Source of the DNA: Octopus sinensis
Taxonomy: Eukaryota
NCBI RefSeq assembly: GCF_006345805.1
Contig: NW_021832374.1
Coordinates: 186,001 to 250,000, forward strand
Direction of reading: 5' to 3'
DNA: 64,000 bases
Shown here in pieces: positions 54,754 to 64,000 of the stretch. The stretch's first letter is position 1. Every line of letters begins with the position of its first letter. Under the pieces are notes generated by a model that saw only the letters and a program-made list of their open reading frames with translations, was not told the origin of the DNA and made no database searches. The position numbers and the translations under genes are program-made.

Positions 54754-54805
54754 CCAATCAGAGAGCAGCACGTATATTCCTACGTGTCACTTGTTGACTA
54801 TATAA
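54754..54805 (+). promoter_or_regulatory. BiP promoter: ERSE-like element, ACGT-core bZIP site and TATA box
   Basis: CCAAT-N9-GCACG (54754-54772; consensus CCAAT-N9-CCACG), TACGTGTCA (54781-54789) and TATATAA at about 54799-54805, just upstream of ATG 54831. Confidence 0.7.
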
Positions 54806-54830
54806 GCGAGATTTGCGAAAAATACCAGCA

Positions 54831-56789
54831 ATGTTTTGTTACCTCTTGTTCTCCTCATTATTATGGAGTTTCTCAACATCCTCTAACAAATCCTCGAACA
54901 TAGTGATAGGAATAGACTTGGGAACAACATATTCATGGTAATAAACTGCATCCACTATTTCCTAGTGTTGGAATATATCGAGACGGAAAAGTAGAAATAA
55001 TGCCAAACGAACAAGGAAACAGAATAACCCCATCCTACGTAGCCTTCACAGAGACTGGGGAACGACTAATTGGAGACGCGGCAAAGAACCAGGTGGCTTT
55101 AAACCCGGAAAACACAATTTTCGACATAAAACGACTAATGGGCCGAAAGTACACGGATTCAACAGTACAGAGCGATATGACTAAATTGCCCTATAAAGTT
55201 ATCATTTGTAGTTTAAAATAATAGCTAATAAACAAAAATGACCGTCTTTATGTTCAAATTGATGAGAAATTGTACACCCCTGAGGAGATATCGGGAATGG
55301 TGTTGTCAAAAATGAAGGAAATCGCGGAAAAGTATTTGGGACAGGAAGTTAAGGAGGCAATTGTGACTGTACCTGCATATTTCAACGACGCTCAAAGACA
55401 GGCCACCAAAGATGCAGGAACAATCGCAGGATTGAATGTCCTGAGGATAATAAACGAACCAACTGCGGCGGCTATTGCCTATGGAGTGGATAAGAAAATG
55501 AAGGAAAGGAATGTGTTGGTCTACGATTTGGGGGGAGGGACCTTCGATGTGACCCTTTTGACAATCGATGAGGGGGTATTTGAAGTGTTGGCCACAAATG
55601 GGGACACTCATTTGGGAGGGGAGGACTTTGATCAGAATGTGATGGAATATTTCATCAAAGTTATCAAAAAGAAGTCAGGGGTTGATATTCGTTCGGATTC
55701 AAAGCTATGCAAAAACTGAGAAGAGAAGTAGAAAAGGCAAAAAGAACGCTTTCCTCTCAACATCAAGCAACTCTTGAAATAGAAGACTTGTTCAAACAAA
55801 CTGACTTTTCGGAAGTTCTGTCCAGAGCTCGATTTGAGCAGTTGAACATTGAACTATTCAAGAAAACTTTAATTCCAGTCCAGACAGTACTCGATGATGC
55901 TGGACTTAAAGCCTCGGATGTAGACGAAGTGATTCTTGTTGGCGGATCAACCCGAATTCCTCACATTCAGACATTGGTCAAGAATTTCTTCAACGGAATG
56001 GAACCAGCCCGAGGAGTCAATCCTGACGAGGCAGTCGCATTTGGGGCAGCCATTCAAGCAGGAGTGCTTTCTGGTGAGGGTTCGGACATGGTTCTGCTGG
56101 ATGTGACACCCCTTTCGCTGGGAATTGAAACTATGGGAGGAGTGATGCACAAACTAATTCAAAAAAATACTGTCATTCCGACAAAACGTCAAAACACGTT
56201 TTCTACAGCCGTGGACAATCAGCCGGGTGTTGATATCCTTGTGTTTCAAGGAGAGAGAGATCAGACCAAGTTCAATAAGAAGATTGGGAATTTCCACCTT
56301 TCAGGAATCCCACCCGCCCCTCGAGGAACTCCTCAAATTGAGGTCACTTTTGAAATTGACGTGAATGGGATTCTCACAGTCAGTGCTGTTGACAAGTCCT
56401 CAAGCTTTTCTCAGTCTCTTGTCATTGATTCAAGTGCTGACCGTCTTTCGAAAGAGGAGATTGACAAAATGATCAGGGATGAGGTCGAATTTGCGGAGGA
56501 AGATCGTCTGTTCAAGGAAAGGACTGAATCCTTCCAAAGATTCGAGGCTGCTGCCTATCAGCTCAGCGCACAGTTGAAAGATGATTCAAAATTGGGTGGA
56601 AAATTGAATTCTGAAGACAAAAAAGCTTTGGAAACCGAAACTTCCAGTGCTTTGGACTGGCTCAATTCCAATAAAAATGCTTCTGTGGATGAAATCAAAA
56701 AACGTCTCTCTGAATTCGAGTCTGTCGTTCATCCTATCACTTCCAAATTTGGATCCGCACAACCTAATCAAGCTTCTGAAGAACTTTAG
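54831..56789 (+). CDS. HSPA5: ER Hsp70 chaperone BiP/GRP78
   Basis: Signal peptide, [37 protein letters not shown]-terminal SEEL. Two micro-introns and an apparent 1-nt frameshift near 55702. Confidence 0.95.
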
Positions 56790-57539
56790 CTAGTTTTCTT
56801 GGTGTTTAATATATGGTTCTTTGTGTATTTTTCTTATTTTGTTCCACTTTTGATTTAGTTTTGATACTACTTGAGATATGTTTTAACATTCATCAGTTTT
56901 TAATTTGCAACAAATCTGTATAATTTCCAACTATTGGCAATGCTCAGTAAATTTATGTTTAAGAACTATGATCGTGTATATTTTGTTTTTTTTGACCATT
57001 TTAATTATGAATAATTTTATTTAAGTTTGTATTCATGAGAAAATTTTCTTAATTGATTTAATTTGATTTTTTGTAATCAATAAAGAGTTCTGATCAGTCG
57101 ATTACTGATATTTTTTTAATGATACAATAATTAAGTGTATTTCATTGATTGTTTTAATAATTATATTTTCACCAGTGCCAGAGAAGAGGAGGAAGAAGGG
57201 GAGGAGGTGCGTGGAGTGCCACCCTCTGATCACTTCAAGGCTCTGGACTTAGCTAGAAAAATTACTTAGTTAATTAGTTTCTTTTTTATCAATATTTCCA
57301 TTAAATTTTTATTTTTAATTTCTTTGATTAAGAAAAAATTATTTTTATAGAAAATTTGCGTTTGAAAACTTATTTTAACTTTGGATTTTTTTAAGACAAA
57401 ATTTTCTTTTATCAAAAAATTTATAAAAATGAATTTATTTAATTTTAAAAGTCTTTGATTTATTGTCTTGAATATAACATCACCTCTAAAAAATAAAAAT
57501 AATTTATTGTCATAGTGATTATAAACGAAATTAATACCA

Positions 57540-58328
57540 ATGAGAAATCCAACTCCGGTTGCAAAAAGAATTACTGTCTACAGAAATGGCGATCCCTTCT
57601 ATAAACATAGATTTGTTGTCAATCCAAGACACATCAGAAACATGGATATACTCCTAAATCATCTTACAGAACGGATTTTGCCTATTTGGGGATGTGTTCG
57701 AAAAATAATGACCCCGATCAACGGTCACCAAGTAAAAAAACTTTCTCAAATTGAAAATAACAAAGTTTATGTTGCAGGAAATACGTCCAAGTTTATAAAA
57801 ATTGAGTGATAAAATATATGTTATTGTAATTATAGATACAACATCGAAGACCAAAAATCCCAGCCTATCAATCCTGTCAGAATTCAAAAACTACCAAAAG
57901 TAAAGTCCATTTATTTATGACCAGATTCCAAAACAATATCAAACTATAAAAAGTCGAATCAACGTACCAGAACAGTTTCCAATTTTAATTTAGTAAGTTA
58001 AAATATATATTAAAGTGTTCATGAAAATGGAAACAGTATCCGGACACCTTCAAAAGTTATTTTACGTGGGAATGCACAAAAAAGTCTTGAAATGTGTCTT
58101 GATGCAATTAACGAAGAAATAAAAATGAGGACTGGGGCTGTCAGAAAGTATATTATTTATGTTATTTCAAGAATTTATTCTTTGTCGGGAGAGATTATAA
58201 ATAATGTGGATGAACTAACTTCAAACAGTCATTATGTGGCCGCAGGCTCAGAGAAAAAATTTATAGGTTGTAACTACAGAACTGAGAAGACACAAATAAA
58301 TTTTTCTACATTCATAGCCAAAACGTGA
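57540..58328 (+). CDS. Tandem doublecortin-domain protein (DCDC2-like), multi-exon
   Basis: Two DCX domains: KRITVYRNGDPF...VRKIMTP...YVAG and ENGN...TGAVRKIYSLSG...HYVAAG.EKF. Confidence 0.85.
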
Positions 58329-58762
58329 CAAAATATTTATTTATGAGTTTACCTAACTGTACTCATTTATTGTACTGCTATAATTAATGCAATGATGCAA
58401 TTTTATTGTATTACGGAGAAAGAATAGATTTATAACATTTATTCAAATTTAAATATCCCTTTTAATGACGTCAATTCATTAGACAAATAAGTAATGTGGT
58501 TAAATTTAAGTAGTATTGAGGTTTTTCTGTCAACAGCACTAAGAAAATGAAAAATATTTCTTTCTTGAAGACGTTTCCAGTTCGAGCTAGTGGCTTTTGT
58601 GACATCCAAGTAGTTGGAAAACGACCAATTAGTTGTTAATTAAAGTAAGTTGATTCGATCGAGAAAGAGTTCGAGCGTAATTAAAAATTATTTTGAAAAA
58701 TTAAACAAATACGAGAGATTTCAAGTGCAATACAGTCCACGAAATTATTAATTTTAATTTAT

Positions 58763-59450
58763 ATGTCGCGTCCCATGAGTAAATTTCATTTGTCAACAGA
58801 TCATTTTTACCAAGTCATTGGCTGTCAGATGTCCTACTTAATGTAATTTTTATCACACGTTATTCGTGTGGGACATATTTAATTTTTTTGGCGTTATTTT
58901 TAGATTTTCAACATGTCCTCTCTAAAATTTTTTCCTATATATAATAATGGGTTTTGTGAAAAATATTGAAAAATATCCGTCTATCTAGAAGCACAAACTA
59001 GTTATTTTCATAGATAATGAAAGTGAGATTCAAACTATTGCAGATTCTATTCATCGAAATAGCCACTCTGGAATTTGTAAACTGCAACAGGAATGTTTAC
59101 ACTTTGATTTTACGATAAAACGGAAAATTATATAACAAGTTGTCAAAGAATGCTCAATTTTTAAGTTTTTTATTCCATTTAAAGTGTAAAATTAAAAAAT
59201 TAATCGCAGAATTCCTATTCTAAATTTCATGTGATTGCCGAAAGACTAAATTTTGACACGAATAAATCTTTCAAAGCTCATGAGTAAAAAATCAACTACA
59301 AACTGGATCTAACACAACTATTGATTCTTCAATAAACAAAACACCATTTAAAAACTAGGAAGATTTTCTAACATAAACACAGTCATTCATAAAACTTTTT
59401 CAATTTTTTTAAATTTTAAGGAAACTGAGAGTTTGGATGATTTTTATCCA
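58763..59450 (+). mobile_element. Second, truncated copy of the Ginger family at 47642
   Basis: Same left end TGTCGCGTCCCATG. Shared blocks GTCATTGGCTGTCAGATGTC, GTAAACTGCAACAGGAATGTTTACAC and AACACCATTTAAAAA. Remnant zinc-finger IHRNSHSG...VVKEC. Confidence 0.75.
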
Positions 59451-59888
59451 CTACTAGCTCAGCAGCTCGCTTCGTTCACCTAGAAAAGTTTAATTTAGAT
59501 TAGTCGCAGAGCGGATGGACAGGCAATTTCCAAGTAATAACGCGAGAAATATCCGTTGAAAAAGCCAGCTCATTTCGCGACTGTCGTGACTCCATCTCGA
59601 GATGAATAAACCAATCTCTGAGAGGAGACTCAACTTATAAAATTCAAAATGCTGACTTCTTCACATCTACTATGCTAATTTCTAGTTTGTAAACGCCTAA
59701 GATATGAATCAACACTTTCTTAATGAGCATTATAAAAAAATTTTCTAGATTATGAAAATTTATCCAACGCCCAAGCAGCTATTTTTAAGCTATATTCAAA
59801 GATAAAAAACCATTTCTGTTATTTAATTAAAAATAAACTTTAATTTTTTAATAATAAAATTTTTTATATTAAATGTCAAAGTGGACTA

Positions 59889-61068
59889 ATGGATTTTACC
59901 ATTCCGCATTACAATATTAAGGGTTAATACAAAAAAATATATTTTTATAGTTTTTGAAAAACTATGTATATTACTAATCAAGACGGCTTCCGAAATACAA
60001 ATTGAAGCAACCTCCCTTAATGTATTACTATCAGATATTAAATTATATTTTTATTTAAAAATTTTTAATTAATAAAGATCAATCTGAGCACAGTAAATGC
60101 ATCAAAGGCAGTTTTTATTTCGGCACAACTTTCTGTGGATTTTTTTACAAAATATGAAATTAAAAATACTCAAAACAGTGTTATACGTTGTGGCCTTCCT
60201 TCTAAAGTATCAATAAAATTAAATCTCACAGACTTTAATTATATTCGCAAAGTCGTTAAAAACTCAATCAAAAAATGTCGAAAACGTAAATTTTCATGTT
60301 GATTTATTTGATTTACATTTTGAAATCAAAAGTATTTCAGGTTTTTGATATTTTTAAATTTTATAGGATCCTCAAAACTTTTTGAATTTTGTGTCACGGC
60401 CTCCACTTCAGTTGTGCCTGATAATATAATTTCTGACTGTTCTGTCACGTTTAATGCCTCATGTCGAATTTTGCTGCAAACTCTGGCCAGTTTTGATTCC
60501 CACACAAACGAGATTAGTCTTATGTGTTCGTCTAGTCATATTATAATCAGAAATAACCCACATGGTTAATTAATCAGGCTAATTTGATAGGAGATGATGA
60601 AATTATGAACACAGAAGTAATTCTCGCTGTGAAGGACTTTGACACATACGAATGGTCTGGAGAGGACACAACAGTGATATTAAACCTTAAGGATCTCAAG
60701 GTTTTGAATATTCGGATATTTAGACTGTTTTGTGGTTTGGAGATGTTTTTAACCAGTCGATAAATGTGCATATAATGGGGCCGGGTAGGCCGATTCGTCT
60801 TTGTCTTAAATCGGAAGGAATTTTGGAGGTTGTTTGCTTGCTTTCGACTGTGGTGGAAGGTTCCAGCAGAAATGATTCGAGTGCTAAGAGAACTTGTCGA
60901 GTTTCTCTGAATTCTCCTATTTATAGGCAATCTTGTGTATTTTTAATATATTTTTAAATTTTGAAGATTGAGGATTTGTTTGTAAATTGGTCTCAGGATA
61001 CTGCACTTTTAATGAAGAATGAGGGAACTGTTTTGGTCAGTGACAGCGATCAGTCTGATGATATATGA
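59889..61068 (+). CDS. RAD9: Checkpoint clamp subunit RAD9 (9-1-1), multi-exon
   Basis: LSTVNASKAVFISAQL...FF, MNTEVILAVKDFDTY, LNLKDLK, GPGRPI...VCLLSTV, and acidic tail VLVSDSD resembling the human VLAEDSE motif. Confidence 0.75.
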
Positions 61069-61239
61069 TTTTGAATAATTGTTTTTGTATCATTGATTTT
61101 AATAAGGGATAATTATTTATATTTATTTAATATTAGTTTTTTTAGTTGTTTAATGATTGTAAAATTTATTGGCGGGGTAGAATTATTTTAGTGGTGACAT
61201 TTAAATCTGTTTTTATGTCTGAAAGTTGTTCAAATTTAG

Positions 61240-63104
61240 ATGGCAATAATAAAATCAGGTTTGAAAATATGTGACATTTTAGTGTCCCACCATCTTTACC
61301 TAAATTAATTAATCACCTGCGGTTTCATCCACTGGAAGAAGACTTTATCAAACTAAATGTCTCATTGCTTCCAATAAAATCAGAAAGTAATTTCATTTCC
61401 ATAATTCATTCAATTTCTGGTACTTTTATTTTATTCATAATCAAGCCTCATTAGATAGTCTTTCTACAACTCAATCATGTTCCAATTTATTAGACCAATT
61501 CCAATGGTATCCCCCTATTTTAATTCTTAGTTACATAAAAAAGAACAAAATGATAAAGGCAGGCTCAACCCTCGTGGAATTCCACTCCAAATTCATAAAA
61601 GCAGTACAAATGAACTGCACTTTAAAGCCAAACAATCGAAATGTCTTGGAAAAGGCCAAAAAGGTGAGTTTAGCCATATAAATCAGATGTATGGCGAATG
61701 TCTGGCAGTCTGTAATGAACTGATTGATAAAATATCCTCCAATCACGCCAGGAATGTCTCGAGTGGAGATTTATTGACTTGGAATGACAAACTGATCACA
61801 AAAGTTGTCAATTCGTATAAAGCAACTGTCGATTCTTGGCTGAATTCGCTCATTTCTGTTTAAATTTGTTTTTATTTTGAAAAAAGACGATTATTCGAAT
61901 CATGGCCGAGTCCCGACATTCCGACGTGGTCAAAAATGCCGTAAAAACGTTAATCCGGCATTGCAGGGGCAATCCTCAAGTCACTTCTTCCGTTTTAATG
62001 GTAATAATTAAATATCGAGGTTTGTAGAATGGCGGGATTCAAATTTTGATTTCCATTTGTTATTCTCTGAGGAATATTGCAGATTGTGTAGTCAAATTGT
62101 GTCTTGTCCTTTCTCTTAATTGCCCGTCGTCTGTCAGTGAGCTACTTAAAGTTGGATTTTATTTTTTTTACTTTTAGAACGGGTTTTTGGACTGTGCTGC
62201 TGTTGTATTGGTACGTGAGAGGGAGGAATATAGTAGTCTGGCCAGGTTAGAGACAGTAATGACCATTTCCTCCATTTTCCTTCAAAATTATGAGGAGAAA
62301 TCAATTTCGAATATAAATCTGAGTCGATCAATGATAGACACACTCTCCGTGGTAGTTGAAGGACTTGTAGGTTGTGTATTTCTCATAATTTATCAAGAAA
62401 TATGTCAAAAGTCGTACGAAGATGACATTTTTACGACTTGTTTATCCGCATTGGTGAATATAGTGATATACGACCACACATTTGCTGAATTTATAGTCAT
62501 GGCCGATGGTCTGTCCATTATTGTCAATGCCTGTAAGACCCGTCTACTTGGAAAGAACGTGTACATCAAAGACTGGGTTAAATATAATTAAATATAATGA
62601 TAGTTATGCAGTCTCATGGTCTTGTTGGCTAATATTCAAGGCTATCATGAATATATGATTAACTCAGACTGTCTTTCACTTGTTTTGGCTTATCTCTTTG
62701 AGTCTCCACATCCCTCACAAGTGGAATGTGAGTTTATGGCCAATATACGTGTTCTTCAAAAATCAATCAGAACTATGAGCAAATTGGCTTTTAGTAGAGG
62801 GGTTTCTAAGATTATTTCCGAGAAGAATGGTTGGTTGTTTATTTTTAGTTTTGGAGGTGTTGGTAGGTTGATTGAGATTGCGAATAATGCGGAGTGTCGG
62901 GGTAACTGTGAACATGTAAGGATGGAGGCTGTTGTATGATTGTGATTATTTTTATATTATTAGAGGACCCTGAATGTGATTGAGGCCAGGAATCAGATTG
63001 ATGAGAGTTGTGATGCTACGACTGTACAACGTATTTATCCTGCATTACTGAATTCTACGGTTGTTCCTACGAAAAATATTAATGGAACTATTAAAGAACC
63101 GTAA
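61240..63104 (+). CDS. Inscuteable-like armadillo-repeat protein, multi-exon
   Basis: ARM-like repeats. The C-terminal IRVLQKSIRTMSKLA...GGVGRLIEIANNAECRGNCEHVRMEAVRTL resembles INSC ERVQQKAAVTLARL...RLIELCRSPSERNSSDAVLVACL. The start is approximate. Confidence 0.6.
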
Positions 63105-63279
63105 TCTATTTGAAATGATAACCTTTTATTTATGATCTTCAAAATGCGAATATTTATGTTCTTTTAGTGTTGTATTGTCACTTTACTTGGTTTTAGTAAA
63201 ATATTTGTATCAAAAAGTTATTTCAGACTATTTGTAGGGACTTGTTTTTTGAAGAAAAAATATCTATTTAACTGCAATT

Positions 63280-63700
63280 GTTGAGTCCCACACTTTTTAA
63301 TGTCTTTATGGCCTCTGCGCCTATGCCAGTCAATAGTCGTACTGAAATGGTGATCTATGCAGACGACATCATCCTCTGGGATCACTCGATGAAACCTGAG
63401 TGTGTGTCGTAGTTGCTGTGGATGGACTTGTAAACTGGTGTGGAAGTAGGGGTCTAAAGATGCGTGCGGACAAGTGCAGTGCCCTCAAAGTCTGTAAAAG
63501 GACGAGGAGTTATACTAATTACGTTCCTAGGTTATTGTTGAACGGGTCAGCAATCGCTGCAGTTGATCGTATGACTTATTTGGGAGTACTCTTCAAGCCT
63601 TCCGGTAAGTTCGATGATCACATTGTACGTCAAAAATGCACGCACAGACGCAGTATCCCGGCCCGTGAGTTCGGCAGAAGAAGGCAGATCGTAAGCAAAG
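63280..63700 (+). mobile_element. Non-LTR retrotransposon RT fragment
   Basis: LSPTLFNVFM...IYADDIIL...NWC...GLKMRADKC...YLGVLF. Confidence 0.8.
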
Positions 63701-64000
63701 AGAAGAAAGCTATAAACAAAATTATCATAAGATATTTCTCCACTTTAATTAATTTTTTGTATGAAATTCTCCCTACGTAATGATTTCTTCCAAACTGGTG
63801 ACCGACCTAAAGGATGGTCTATTTGGAGTTCAGATTGTACCGTAAAACGAATAATAAATATAGATAATTCAAATCGGATTCACACCTCATGACAGTCTTC
63901 ACTATCAGTCTGTGTTTGAAGCAATCAACCGGCTGTGTCTTTAGTATTTTTTGTCGGCTATCAATTCAGTAGGAATCCGAGCAGTATTTGTTTTCATATG

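Noticed and set aside
55695-55720. Frameshift in BiP (DSK-LCKN vs AMQKLRRE) as programmed frameshifting or pseudogenisation
   Set aside because: One extra A in the AAA run restores DSKAMQKL and the rest of the gene is intact. A homopolymer sequencing error is most likely.

Overview
AT-rich, gene-dense eukaryotic (animal) nuclear DNA in which nearly every gene is split by very short spliceosomal introns (mostly about 22-32 nt, GT-AG, some GC-AG). The tiny introns, the metazoan gene set (CBP/p300, Inscuteable-like, ANKLE2) and a divergent 18S rDNA fragment suggest a reduced parasitic animal, most plausibly a dicyemid mesozoan (inference, not confirmed). Recognisable genes: SEM1/DSS1, an SLC25A33/36 carrier, SANBR/KIAA1841, BCAS2/SPF27, ANKLE2, an unknown K/S-rich protein, DDX51, Vps34/PIK3C3, CBP/p300, STARD7, LIN9, RPS6, GOLPH3, a cathepsin L-like protease, BiP, a doublecortin-domain protein, RAD9 and an Inscuteable-like protein. 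Several are missed or fragmented in the ORF track. Intergenic space is full of transposon relics: hAT/Buster elements with TIRs and 8-bp TSDs, pogo/Tigger, Tc1, Ginger-type integrase DNA transposons carrying host-like micro-introns, and CRE-, R4- and Jockey-like non-LTR retrotransposons. One LINE is fused head-to-head to the 5' half of 18S rDNA. Gene models and family calls were made by eye and need RNA-seq and database confirmation.
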